A stretch of DNA of 64,000 nucleotides from Haliotis rufescens (lineage: Eukaryota), in NCBI RefSeq assembly GCF_023055435.1, contig NW_025964372.1, positions 9,610,001-9,674,000 on the forward strand, read 5' to 3'. The notes below the pieces were generated by a model. That model had not been told where the DNA came from, did not search any database, and was given only the letters and a program-made list of their open reading frames with translations. Below, piece by piece: positions 1-13,600 of the stretch (its first letter is position 1; every line of letters begins with the position of its first letter). A program made the translations under genes and the position numbers.

Positions 1-1553
1 CTGTCACGCATGTCTTCGTGTACACGTACTGTTATTCGTGTTTCTATGCAAACATGGTGCCACGCGTGTCGACAAACACACGTTTATCCATAGGATGATG
101 ACGTTGTCACTCGTTCATTTATACCGAGGTGCTGGCACTCGTGTATGTTTACATGTGTACTGTCACGCGTGTCTTCATGTACACGTACTGTTATTCGTGT
201 CTCTATGCAAACATGGTGCCACGCGTGACGACAAACACACGTTTATCCATAGGATGATGACGTTGTCACTCGTTCATTTATACCGAAGTGCTGACACTCG
301 TGTATGTTTACATGTGTACTGTCACGCGTGTCTTCATGTACACGTACTGTTATTCGTGTTTCTATGCAAACATGGTGCCACGCGTGTCTTCAAAAAGACA
401 TTGATCCATAGGATGATGACGTTGTCACTCGTTCATTTATACCGAGGTGCTGACACTCGTGTAGGTTGACATGCGTACTGTCACGCGTGTCTCCATGCAC
501 ACGTGATGTACTTCATGTCTTCAAACACACATGGTGTACTACGTCTCTCCATGTAAACGTTATGTACTTCATGTCTTCATGCAAAACGTAGTGTCATGTG
601 TGTCTTCAAAAAGACATAGATCTTTAGGATGATGACGTTGTCACTCGTTTATTTATATCGAGGAGTTGGCTCTCGTGTAGGTTGACATACGTACGGTCAC
701 GTGTGTCTCCATGCAAACGTCATGTACTTCGTGTTGCCATGCAAACGTGGTGTCACGCGTGACAACAAACGCATGTTTATCCATAGGATGATGGCGTTGT
801 CATTCGTTCATCCACGTTCCTTCATTCGTTGGCACTCGTGTATGTTTACGTGTCTGTTACCATTTGTGTCTCCGTGCAAACGTCATGTACTACGTGTTTC
901 CATGCAAACGTGGTGCCATGCGTGTCTACAAACAGACGTTTATCCATAAGATTATTATTTATACCGAGGAGTTGGCACTCGTGTATGTTTGTATGTGTAC
1001 TGTCACACTTGTCTTCAAACAGACGTGGTGTACTACGCGTCTCCATGCAAACGTGATGTACTACGTCTCTCCCTGTAAACGTGGTGCCACGCGTGTCTTC
1101 AAACAGACGTTTATCCATAGGATGATGACGTTGTCACTCGCTCATCCATGCCGAGGAGTTGGCACTCGTGTATGTTTACATGCGAACGGTCACGTGTGTC
1201 TCCATGCAGACGTGATGTACTTCGTGTCTCCATGCAGACGTGGTGTCACGCGTGTCTCCATGCAAAACGTTGTGCCACGCGTGACTACAAACAGACGTTA
1301 CTAGAAGTTTAGATCAATACACATGCGTGACGTTTGCAAACGTAGTGTAATTCGTGTCTCCATACAAACGTAGTGTCACGCGTGTCTCCATGCAAACGTG
1401 GTGTCGTGCGTGTCTTCAAACAGACGTTTATTAATATTATTATTTATAACATTTATATTTATAAGGATAGAGATCGAGAGATCAATAGGCATACGTGGTG
1501 TTTGATTCGTGTCTCCATGCAAACGTGATACCACTCGTGTACACAACCATACA
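1..1553. repeat. Left arm of a long inverted repeat, built partly of ~159-bp tandem subunits; runs off the window start
   Basis: Reverse complement of the sequence from 3939 rightwards (e.g. ...ccactcgtgtacacaaccataca at 1553 pairs with tgtatggttgtgtacacgagtgg at 3939). The ORF track shows mirrored peptides (846..1118- vs 4374..4646+). Confidence 0.93.
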
Positions 1554-1599
1554 CGGGATGTACAGTGAGTCTTATATAGGTGTACATGGTTCACGTGGT

Positions 1600-3425
1600 A
1601 TCTATACCAGTGATGTATGTTAAACGGAATCTGGTGGTGGTTCCTGTGGCATCTGCTAATGATGTACGTTACTAACAGACTCTGGTGGTGGTGGTGCCTG
1701 TGACATCTACTAATGATGTAGGTTGCTGACAGACTCTGGTGGTGGTGCCTGTGGCATCTACTACTGATGTAGGTTGCTGACAGACTCTGGTGGTGGTGCC
1801 TGTGGCATCTACTACTGATGTACGTTACTAACAGACTCTGGTGGTGGTGGTGCCTGTGACATCTACTACTGATGTACGTTACTAACAGACTCTGGTGGTG
1901 GTGGTTCCTGTGACATCTACTACTGATGTAGGTTGCTGACAGACTCTGGTGGTGGTGCCTGTGACATCTACTACTGATGTACGTTACTAACAGACTCTGG
2001 TGGTGGTGGTGCCTGTGACATCTACTACTGATGTAGGTTGCTGACAGACTCTGGTGGTGGTGCCTGTGGCATCTACTACTGATGTACGTTACTAACAGAC
2101 TCTGGTGGTGGTGCCTGTGACATCTACTACTGATGTACGTTACTAACAGACTCTGGTGGTGGTTCATGTGACATCTACTAATGGTGTATGTTACTAGAAG
2201 ACTCTGATGGTGGTCCATCAGGCATCTACTACTGATGTACGTTACTAACAGACTATGGTGGTGGTTCATGTGACATCTACTAATGATGTACATTACTTAG
2301 AGACTCTGGTGATGGTTCACGTGGCATCTATACTACTGATGTACGTTACTAACAGACTCTGGTGGTGGTTCATGTGGCATCTACTAATGATGTTCATTAC
2401 TTAGAGACTCTGGTGATGGTTCACGTGGCATCTATACTAATGATGTACGTAACTAACAGACTCTGGTGATGGTTCACATGGCATCTACTAATGATGTACA
2501 TTACTTAGAGACTCTGGTGATGGTTCACGTGGCATCTACTAATGATGTACGTAACTAACAGACCCTGGTGATGGTTCACGTGGCATCTATACTAATGATG
2601 TACGTTACTAACAGACCCTGGTGATGGTTCACGTGGCATCTATACTAATGATGTACGTTACTAACAGACCCTGGTGATGGTTCACGTGGCATCTATACTA
2701 ATGATGTACGTAACTAACAGACCCTGGTGATGGTTCACGTGGCATCTATACTAATGATGTACGTTACTAACAGACCCTGGTGATGGTTCACGTGGCATCT
2801 ATACTAATGATGTACGTTACTAACAGACTCTGGTGGTGGTTCACGTGGCATCTATACTAATGATGTACGTTACTAACAGACTCTGGTGGTGGTTCACGTG
2901 GCATCTATACTAATGATGTACGTTACTAACAGACTCTGGTGGTGGTTCATGTGGCATCTACTAGTGATGTATGTTACTAACGGAATCTGGTGGTGGTTCA
3001 TGTGGCATCTACTAGTGATGTATGTTACTAACGGAATCTGGTGGTGGTCCCTGTGGCATCTACTAATGATGTAGGTTGCTGACAGACTCTGGTGGTGGTG
3101 CCTGTGGCATCTACTACTGATGTACGTTACTAACAGACTCTGGTGGTGGTGCCTGTGGCATCTACTACTGATGTACGTTACTAACAGACTCTGGTGGTGG
3201 TTCATGTGACATCTACTAATGGTGTATGTTACTAGCAGACTCTGATGGTGGTCCATCAGGCATCTACTACTGATGTACGTTACTAACAGACGCTGGTGGT
3301 GGTTCATGTGACATCTACTAAAGATGTACGTTACAAACAGACTCTGATGGTGGGTCATGAGGCATCTACTAATGATGTTGGTTGCAGACAGGCTCTGGTG
3401 GTGGTGCATCAGGCATCTACTACTG
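1600..3425. repeat. 51-bp minisatellite (gactctggtggtggttcatgtggcatctactaatgatgtacgttactaaca) with 53/54-bp variants
   Basis: Direct tandem periodicity; lies in the spacer of the large inverted repeat. Confidence 0.95.
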
Positions 3426-3496
3426 AGGGTAGAGGCTGAGTTATGATGTAAACGCTGTCTGTCATGTCTGTGCTCAAGTACAACACGTGTTCAAGT

Positions 3497-3548
3497 ACAG
3501 CAGCACGTACAACTAAGAACGTTTTTACTTAGTTGTACGTGCTGTTGT
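3497..3548. repeat. Short hairpin, 17-bp perfect arms (cagcacgtacaactaag / cttagttgtacgtgctg), 10-nt loop
   Basis: Read directly from the sequence. Confidence 0.9.
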
Positions 3549-3938
3549 GGACAATAGTGACCTACCCACCTGGTGAATCGGAGACGATCCTATCGCAGAG
3601 CCCACACTGGTTAAAGAACAAGTCTGAGGCTATTGCAGCTTTACAACAAGCTATACAACGCGGAGTTGACGACCCCGACTGTTGAGGTGGTCCGTATTAT
3701 TATCTAGTATCGAGATCAAGGAAAGTAATGTAAAACAGAGACAAGCCTCGTCCAGCTTGTTTCCAGTTTGTTTCCAACGGCCCTTTTCAGGGCAACCCAT
3801 CTCTCCCAAAAGAACGCTTTCATCCTTTGCTTTGCCAGTACAAACAACAATCCAAAAGAATCCCCACCCTCCCCAGTCCTCTTGGAGGTACACGCCTACG
3901 AGTGACACCACGCCTCTATGTATGTTTGTATGGTTGTA

Positions 3939-5975
3939 TGTATGGTTGTGTACACGAGTGGTATCACGTTTGCATGGAGACACGAATCAAACACCACGTA
4001 TGCCTATTGATCTCTCGATCTCTATCCTTATAAATATAAATGTTATAAATAATAATATTAATAAACGTCTGTTTGAAGACACGCACGACACCACGTTTGC
4101 ATGGAGACACGCGTGACACTACGTTTGCATGGAGACACGAAGTACACTACGTTTGCAAACGTCACGCATGTGTATTGATCTAAACTTCTAGTAACGTCTG
4201 TTTGTAGTCACGCGTGGCACAACGTTTTGCATGGAGACACGCGTGACACCACGTCTGCATGGAGACACGAAGTACATCACGACTGCATGGAGACACACGT
4301 TACCGTTCGCATGTAAACATACACGAGTGCCAACTCCTCGGCATGGATGAGCGAGTGACAACGTCATCATCCTATGGATAAACGTCTGTTTGAAGACACG
4401 CGTGGCACCACGTTTACAGGGAGAGACGAAGTACATCACGTTTGCATGGAGACGCGTAGTACACCACGTCTGTTTGAAGACAAGTGTGACAGTACACATA
4501 CAAACATACACGAGTGCCAACTCCTCGGTATAAATAATAATCTTATGGATAAACGTCTGTTTGTAGACACGCATGGCACCACGTTTGCATGGAAACACGT
4601 AGTACATGACGTTTGCATGGAGACACAAATGGTAACAGACACGTAAACATACACGAGTGCCAACTCCTCGGCGTGGATGAACGAATGACAACGCCATCAT
4701 CCTATGGATAAACATGCGTTTGTTGTCACGCGTGACACCACGTACGTTTGCATGGCAACACGAAGTACATGACGTTTGCATGGAGACACACGTGACCGTA
4801 CGTATGTCGACCTACACGAGAGCCAACTCCTCGGTATAAATAAACGAGTGACAACGTCATCATCCTATGGATCTATGTCTTTTTGAAGACACACATGACA
4901 CTACGTTTTGCATGAAGACATGAAGTACATCACGTTTATATGGAGAGACGTAGTACACCATGTGTGTTTGAAGACATGAAGTACATCACGTGTGCATGGA
5001 GACACGCGTGACAGTACGCATGTCAACCTACACGAGTGTCAGCACCTCGGTATAAATGAACGAGTGACAACGTCATCATCCTATGGATCAACGCTTTTTG
5101 AAGACACACATGACACTACGTTTTGCATGAAGACATGAAGTACATCACGTTTATATGGAGAGACGTAGTACACCATGTGTGTTTGAAGACATGAAGTACA
5201 TCACGTGTGCATGGAGACACGCGTGACAGTACGCATGTCAACCTACACGAGTGTCAGCACCTCGGTATAAATGAACGAGTGACAACGTCATCATCCTATG
5301 GATAAACGTGTGTTTGTCGTCACGCGTGGCACCATGTTTGCATAGAGACACGAATAACAGTACGTGTACATGAAGACACGCGTGACAGTACACATGTAAA
5401 CATACACGAGTGTCAGCACTTCGGTATAAATGAACGAGTGACAACGTCATCATCCTATGGATAAACGTGTGTTTGTCGTCACGCGTGGCACCATGTTTGC
5501 ATAGAGACACGAATAACAGTACGTGTACACGAAGACACGCGTGACAGTACACATGTAAACATACACGAGTGCCAGCACCTCGGTATAAATGAACGAGTGA
5601 CAACGTCATCATCCTATGGATAAACGTGTGTTTGTCGTCACGCGTGGCACCATGTTTGCATAGAGACACGAATAACAGTACGTGTACATGAAGACACGCG
5701 TGACAGTACACATGTCAACATACACGAGTGCCAGCGCCTCGGTATAAATAAACGAGTGACAATGCATCATCCTATCACAGGAGTCCGTATCTAAAAATAG
5801 ACACCCTCATGCATATTCATGACCATCTCCACACGCGAGCTCGCCCTTCGGGCTCGCGTATGGAGATGGTCATGAATATGCATGAGGGTGTCTATTTTTA
5901 GATACGGACTCCTGTGATCCTATGGATAAACGTGTGTTTGTAGTCACGCGTGGCACCATGGAGACACGAATGACA
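3939..5975. repeat. Right arm of the long inverted repeat (foldback-like), with 159-bp tandem subunits distally
   Basis: Near-identical reverse complement of 1-1553; subunits decay near 5975. Confidence 0.9.
5776..5916. mobile_element. 141-bp almost fully palindromic MITE (CACAGG...CCTGTG) with 7-bp TSD ATCCTAT; P-like by termini and TSD length
   Basis: About 65-bp inverted arms. ATCCTAT at 5769-5775 and 5917-5923. Neighbouring repeat units show the empty site catcatcctatggataaa. Confidence 0.85.
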
Positions 5976-7152
5976 GTAGGTAGGCATATACCTACATCAC
6001 GTTCATGTCTGTGCCTGTCGATTCACCTTTAGAATTCAGCCAACACCTTTAGAATTCCACACCATGATCGTAGCGCTGAGGTGATTCTTCCCCGCCCTTA
6101 AGGCGGGGAAGTATACGGGAGAGGTTAAATTTATAGCATGTAAGTCGACATGTTGGTTCCTTATAAATTTCAAGCCACACAGTTACCGAAACGAAATATA
6201 CAAATCATGTGAAATGTGCGTGAAATGTTGATGTTTATCTTTTCCAGCAATAAGAGATACTTCAAAATCGTCTTGCTATTCAGCGACTTAGTAACTTTTC
6301 GTAATGCTGATAACCCATGTAATTTGTTCATTTTGTTTTTAAAAGATCTAAAAATGATCCCATTTCGCTAAAGTTAACCGGTCTATATTTTGTTAGAATA
6401 AACTATTGCACATTGGGCGATTATCTCCTTTAGCTATAGGCGTAGTATAGAAGTGATAAATCACGCACTGACCTTGCATTGCTGTACATCGTATCTTATT
6501 CAAGCTGTATCACTGAGAGTGAGTGATTATCTCCCTTACCCGAACAGCTCAATTGCGCACTACCTTTGCAATGAATCGTAATTTATTCAGGCAGCCATCG
6601 AGAAACGTTCCAGGAAGGAATTTAGGCCAAGCCTGTCACGCGCACTCAATTTTCACACTGCCATTGCAACATATTGTTCAACACGATTAAATAACAGGCT
6701 TCTATAAAATATGACTTTGTTCAATAAACAACACATGTAAAATAACGGCTTTGATATGAGAAATATTTTATTAGTTGTCTTCATAATCACATGTATGGCG
6801 CTTGCTGTGCATAGTTGAGCACAGCATTGTTTTAAATACTTCACTGTATGTAATGTATGGTACATACCGTTTCATGCGGCGGTTTACGTTTCTGCATGGT
6901 TTATTGCTTTGACCAAAAAAAAACAACTTCCAGCAGAGATCATACACCTATATATGTTCTTTGCTTCTGGATACATAGGAAATCAACAGGTTGGTCTGTA
7001 GTTTGCAATTATTTTCCAAAAGGATAATACGGTTGCATGATATCTTCACGATGTTTGGGTTGAACATAGTAACATTCTTTTAAACAAATTTCAAATCTAA
7101 GCCGGAAGCAATCACAACACAAACCCAGTTAACCAAACGGAACCATACACAA

Positions 7153-7410
7153 GAGTGAGTGAGGTAGTTGGGTTTAACGCCGTCTTGAATAGTATTCCGT
7201 GTCAGCTTGATGTGGGAGGAAAGTCTGAAGTGATGCAGGTCTTAGACGTTCACCACTTTGGTGAAACCAACGAGCAAGGGTTTTGTGCTGACAACAAAAT
7301 CGGGGCGAACCGAGATTCAAACACACTGTCATAGGTTTCTGGTGTGCCAAAGGGACACAACTCTGCATAGCGAATTGCAGCGCCTTCGGCGACGGGGCCA
7401 ACCATGCCCC
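7153..7410 (-). mobile_element. tRNA-derived SINE, family A, with (ACTC)n tail
   Basis: Homologous copies at 30205-30370, 30862-31110 and 34660-34885; B-box-like ggttcgaatcccgg on the minus strand of the family; gagtgagt tail on the plus strand. Confidence 0.75.
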
Positions 7411-7779
7411 CGTAAACAACTGTAAGAAACTATTATACAACAAAGATGTTTTAGATGAGATATGTATTGCGGAACATTCCATGAAGAAACAGTGGCAATA
7501 TTACACAATCACAAACTACAAAATACATGCACAATAAACGACAATTAAAAAACACAGGAACATTTTAACATTCAAAGGAGGGACATTATAAGAATTTTAT
7601 TTAAAAAAACAAGTGTATTATAATGAAATGGAAACAATATGAGAGTTGAGCAAAACTATGGTAATGTTGTACATACATGTACAAGGAATTTGTTTGTAAT
7701 TGTTGATATGTTAACAGATCTTGGAAGTTGTTTCTGGATAACTGTTGGTAAACTTATTAAGAATCTGCTCCTTTTAATA

Positions 7780-8100
7780 GAGTGTGCCAAATTCTTTATC
7801 ATGATTGGGGATTATTTGTGATTCTCTGTCTTGGTTGTATTATGTAAGACAGTGCGTAATGTTGTTCATCTTCTGAGACATCACATGTTTCACAGAGACG
7901 TTGTTCAAATGGGGTTGGTGTTTTTGTATATCTACAATTGTTTCAATTTTTAGTTTGTGATTACTTAAACGAAGTTTTGAGAAAAAGTGACCTATGGCCT
8001 TTGTTTTTACAATATGTAAGATAATTCTCAATATTTATAAATAACGTGACCAAACTGTATGTTCCTAACTTGCTGCTAGATAAATGGGAATCCATTAATG
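7780..8100 (-). mobile_element. Decayed 3' remnant of a CR1/L2/Crack-type LINE ORF2
   Basis: Peptide FSKLRLSNHKLKIET resembles the conserved xxRxSxHxLxIETGR C-terminal motif; degenerate. Confidence 0.5.
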
Positions 8101-8859
8101 ATTGCGTGAATTTTTACATTTGAACTGAAGTATATTTAGAGTGGATTCATTACATTTTTTGTGTTTACTATTTTAAACATTTTGACCAGAAATATTGATA
8201 TTTGCTGCAAAAGCATGCTTTAGAATGACATTTGTTGTGTTATCTATATAGGATTTTTTTTATTGGTACTAATAGTGGGTATATATCAAGTTTTGCCTGG
8301 GTTCTCTTTGTGCTGACCAATTAAAGACACTGTTTCTTTTATTGTGCTTTCCAAAGATAAGTACATTAATAACAACCAATTTGTACTTAACACAAATTCC
8401 TCTGCACATAACATTATATTGCGGGGAGCTATTGATGCTCTGCAGCAATCTCTACTTGTTGCAACTCACCGACTTTTAACTTAGACGAACGGCTGTCATC
8501 GTGGGCTACAATACACGATCGCCTTGTGGAACGAAACCTTACCTCAAAGTTGACAAACACATCACCATACCCGATGACATGATTTGTGACATGTTGTTGC
8601 AAGATCCTTCGCCGATATGACGTCAACCTAGCAACAAAGTGGCAGAGTCGTCGACTGTGTATGATAAGCTCGTCTCAGTGAGCTATCATCTCCACATGCC
8701 ATCGCCACCCACCCACCAAAACACAACAAAACAAAAAAAACGACTCCCTTCCCGCGTTCCTCCCTCCCCCTCCTCCTCCCTCCTCTTCCACCACCCCCCA
8801 CGTCTATGTGTAGAACAACAAAAGAACAACAACCATGTAGATCTTGTTCACCTTGTACG

Positions 8860-9134
8860 ACCGTTTCTCTGGGTTTCCCCTCCTCCCCGGAAACGGAGGT
8901 GCCGCCATCTTGAATGCGTACGCCACCGGAAACGGATGCGCCGCCATCTTGGATACGCACGCCATCTTGGATCAACGCCACCGGAAACGGATGTGTCGCC
9001 ATCTTGGATGCGCACGCAAGTCCCATCATGCCCCGCGCGCATGTGCAGGTCACGTGACCGGAAGTGACGTCACAGGTGATCCTCTCGACCAATCAGAAGC
9101 CAGGAGCGGTCCTGGGTAGATGCGTACAACTACT
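8860..9134. mobile_element. Polinton/Maverick terminal inverted repeat fragment (right terminus ...ACTACT)
   Basis: Ends in ACTACT (reverse complement AGTAGT, the canonical Polinton end) exactly where mariner transposase coding sequence begins; GC-rich subterminal motif cluster. Left boundary approximate. Confidence 0.7.
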
Positions 9135-9992
9135 GTCAGCATTCCTCGCCGCTTTTCTTTGATAGAATTTCTCAGGCGATGACGCAAATTTGCATAGTAG
9201 GCACCGGTAATCGTCTTTCGATTTTCTTAGTAATCATCAAGGATCATACCCTTTGCACCCCAGAATACTGTGGCCATAACTTTCTTCACTGATCTTGAAG
9301 ACTTGAAGTTCTTCGTGCCGGAGAAGTAGAAAGGTGCCATTTCATAGGTTGACCTTTTGACTCGGGATCCCAGTAGTAGGCCCATGTTTCTACCTCAATT
9401 CTCTCGCAATGTCAGTTATTTTTTCCTTAAGATCAGAAATTAGAAACTTTGGCACCCAATGAGCAGATTTCTTTATCATCTGTCAATGTTCATGAATAAT
9501 AGTTTCAATGGATCCATGGCTTAGACCTATGTCTTCCTCAAGTTCATGAATGGTAATACGCCTATCTGACAGGGTGCGTTTTTCTATCTCATGGATTGAA
9601 TCTTCACTGATGGAAGTTGAAGGACGTCCAGACATAGGATCATCATCAAGACTTCACCTACTAACCTTTAACATAGCTCCCCAACGTTTAACAGTGGAAT
9701 AGCTAGGGCACTTATCCCCATACACGTGTGACATGCGGTCATGAATGTCTTGTGGAGTACTTTTCTCTGAAGTCAAAAACTTGAAGACTGCTCGGTACTC
9801 GTTCTTTTTCATTTCTGTGTCCATGTGTACCCCCATCACGTTCAACTGACAGTCACCAATATACACACGAACTCAACAGACCAAATACACGTGCAATGAA
9901 CTACTCAAACGATGTACTACATTGACTAGTTCACTTTCTTATGTCCCATAGTTGAAAGTCAGTCAGGTTTAGAACTTCTTGACCCGCCCCCG
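9135..9992 (-). mobile_element. Truncated, decayed mariner (5' TIR plus N-terminal two-thirds of the transposase)
   Basis: TIR cgggggcgggtcaagaagttctaaacct next to TA (9993-94); peptides EYRAVFKFL...PSYSTVKRW and KVMATVFWG...ITGAYYA...IKEKRRGMLT; contains stops. Confidence 0.88.
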
Positions 9993-10689
9993 TATGTGGC
10001 CTGGTTGATTGTGTATCATTATCTAGACAAAGCTTTGATTTTCTTGACTGGGTCTTTGGGTGGATTCGCGTTCGGATTATAGTTATTGTCATCATTTCCC
10101 TGTGATTTTAATGTCAGTGTTAATCATGGAACACTTGTGGGGATACAGACTTGACACGCAGCGTTTTCCAAGGTCACCACTTACAGCTGTTTGGGAGACG
10201 AGGGACAGTCTGTTGACAAAGTAGATATTGTGTTAGGCTTATTCTGGTCCATCTCTGTTTGCGTGGAATCAAGGAACTTAAACATTGTCTACAGTGTTGG
10301 GAGTCAGCTAACTGTGTATCAGGGACTATTATGACACTGGCGATAGACAGTCCGGTCGAGCCTCTTCTCGGAAAAGTGCAGAAAGAGAAAGAGCACGTTG
10401 TTCAGTTTGACGATGTTCTGTTTAGCTGCATTTGCACTAGGCTTGATAATACGGTGGCCCATAAGTACGGTGGCCCATAAGGGACACGGAGTCTGTTTTT
10501 CAATATTTTGATACAACAACGTCCAGTGCGAGGTCACGAGGAATCCCCTTCAAGAAAGTACTTCTGCTAACTTTTGAAGTTTTTATTCCACGTCAGCTTA
10601 TCAGAATCCCTGAATATAGAAGAACAGACACACTTTGTAATAATTTCCATATTTTCAGTGTTACACGGGGCACTACGGAAACACGTCTC

Positions 10690-13600
10690 TCCAGTGTGAT
10701 ATTGGGTATTATGTGTGAAGAGTAACAACAACCTCCAGTGTAACAACAACCTCAAGTGCGACGTGGGGTATTATGTGTATAGAGTAACAACAACCTCCAG
10801 TGTGACGTGGGGTATTATGTGTGTAGAGTAACAACAACCTCCAGTGTGACGTGGGGTATTATGTGTGAAGAGTAACAACAACCTCCAGTGTAACAACAAC
10901 CTCCAGCGTGACGTGGGGTATTATGTGTGAAGAGTAGCAACAACCTCCAGCGTGACGTGGGGTATTATGTGTGAAGAGTAGCAACAACCTCCAGCGTGAC
11001 GTGGGGTATTATGTGTGAAGAGTAGCAACAACCTCCAGCGTGACGTGGGGTATTATGTGTGAAGAGTAGCAACAACCTCCAGTGTGACGTGGGGTATTCT
11101 GTGTGAAGAGTAACAACAACCTCCAGTGTAACAACAACCTCCAGTGTGACGTGGGGTATTATGTGTATAGAGTAACAACAACGTCCAGTGTGACGTGGGG
11201 TATTCTGTGTGTAGAGTAACAACAACGTCCAGTGTGACGTGGGGTATTCTGTGTGTAGAGTAACAACAACGTCCAGTGTGACGTGGGGTATTATGTGTGT
11301 AGAGTAGCAACAAACTCCAGTGTAACAACAACCTCCAGTGTGACGTGGGGTATTCTGTGTGAAGAGTAACAACAACCTCCAGTGTAACAACAACCTCCAG
11401 TGTGACGTGGGGTATTATGTGTATAGAGTAACAACAACGTCCAGTGTGACGTGGGGTATTCTGTGTGTAGAGTAACAACAACGTCCAGTGTGACGTGGGG
11501 TATTCTGTATGTAGAGTAGCAACAAACTCCAGCGTGACGTGGGGTATTCTGTGTGTAGAGTAACAACAACGTCCAGTGTGACGTGGGGTATTCTGTATGT
11601 AGAGTAGCAACAAACTCCAGTGTGACGTGGGGTATTCTGTATGTAGAGTAACTACAACCTCCAGTGTGACGTGGGGTATTCTGTATGTAGAGTAACAACA
11701 ACGTCCAGTGTGACGTGGGGTATTCTGTATGTAGAGTAACAACAACGTCCAGTGTGACGTGGGGTATTCTGTAAGTAGAGTAACAACAACGTCCAGTGTG
11801 ACGTGGGGTATTCTGTAAGTAGAGTAACAACAACGTCCAGTGTGACGTGGGGTATTCTGTATGTAGAGTAACAACAAACTCCAGTGTGACGTGGGGTATT
11901 CTGTATGTAGAGTAGCAACAAACTCCAGTGTGACGTGGGGTATTCTGTATGTAGAGTAGCAACAAACTCCAGTGTGACGTGGGGTATTCTGTATGTAGAG
12001 TAGCAACAAACTCCAGTGTGACGTGGGGTATTCTGTGTGTAGAGTAACAACAACGTCCAGTGTGACGTGGGGTATTATGTATGTAGAGTAACAACAACGT
12101 CCAGCGTGACGTGGGGTATTATGTATGTAGAGTAACAACAACGTCCAGTGTGACGTGGGGTATTCTGTAAGTAGAGTAACAACAACGTCCAGTGTGACGT
12201 GGGGTATTCTGTAAGTAGAGTAACAACAACGTCCAGTGTGACGTGGGGTATTCTGTATGTAGAGTAGCAACAAACTCCAGCGTGACGTGGGGTATTCTGT
12301 ATGTAGAGTAACAACAACGTCCAGTGTGACGTGGGGTATTCTGTATGTAGAGTAACAACAACGTCCACTGTGACGTGGGGTATTCTGTATGTAGAGTAAC
12401 TACAACCTCCAGCGTGACGTGGGGTATTCTGTATGTAGAGTAACAACAACGTCCACTGTGACGTGGGGTATTCTGTGTGTAGAGTAACAACAACGTCCAG
12501 TGTGACGTGGGGTATTCTGTATGTAGAGTAACAACAACGTCCAGTGTAACAACAACCTCCAGTGTGACGTGGGGTATTCTGTATGTAGAGTAACAACAAC
12601 GTCCACTGTGACGTGGGGTATTCTGTATGTAGAGTAGCAACAAACTCCAGCGTGACGTGGGGTATTCTGTATGTAGAGTAACAACAACGTCCACTGTGAC
12701 GTGGGGTATTCTGTATGTAGAGTAACAACAACGTCCAGTGTGACGTGGGGTATTCTGTATGTAGAGTAGCAACAAACTCCAGCGTGACGTGGGGTATTCT
12801 GTCTGTAGAGTAACAACAACGTCCAGCGTGACGTGGGGTATTCTGTGTGTAGAGTAACAACAACCTCCAGCGTGACGTGGGGTATTATGTGTGTAGAGTA
12901 ACAACAACCTCCAGCGTGACGTGGGGTATTATGTGTGTAGAGTAACAACAACGTCCACTGTGACGTGGGGTATTCTGTATGTAGAGTAACAACAACGTCC
13001 ACTGTGACGTGGGGTATTCTGTCTGTAGAGTAACAACAACGTCCACTGTGACGTGGGGTATTCTGTATGTAGAGTAACAACAACGTCCACTGTGACGTGG
13101 GGTATTCTGTATGTAGAGTAACAACAACGTCCACTGTGACGTGGGGTATTCTGTCTGTAGAGTAACAACAACGTCCAGCGTGACGTGGGGTATTCTGTAT
13201 GTAGAGTAACAACAACCTCCAGTGTGACGTGGGGTATTCTGTCTGTAGAGTAACTACAACCTCCAGCGTGACGTGGGGTATTCTGTCTGTAGAGTAACAA
13301 CAACCTCCAGTGTGACGTGGGGTATTCTGTATGTAGAGTAACAACAACCTCCAGTGTGAAGTGGGGTATTCTGTATGTAGAGTAACAACAACCTCCAGTG
13401 TGACGTGGGGTATTCTGTATGTAGAGTAACTACAACCTCCAGCGTGACGTGGGGTATTCTGTCTGTAGAGTAACAACAACCTCCAGTGTGACGTGGGGTA
13501 TTCTGTATGTAGAGTAACAACAACCTCCAGTGTGAAGTGGGGTATTCTGTATGTAGAGTAACAACAACCTCCAGTGTGACGTGGGGTATTATGTGTGTAG

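Noticed and set aside
1376-3409. His-rich repeat proteins (SRCHRHHHQSLL)n
   Set aside because: Translation of the 51-bp minisatellite; 53-bp variants break the frame.
6087-7100. Short palindrome cttccccgcc-cttaa-ggcggggaag and a possible Sola-like transposase remnant (VFKTMLCST)
   Set aside because: No partner terminus or TSD found and similarity too weak to call.
10451-10482. 16-bp direct duplication tacggtggcccataag
   Set aside because: Isolated slippage or excision footprint with no supporting context.
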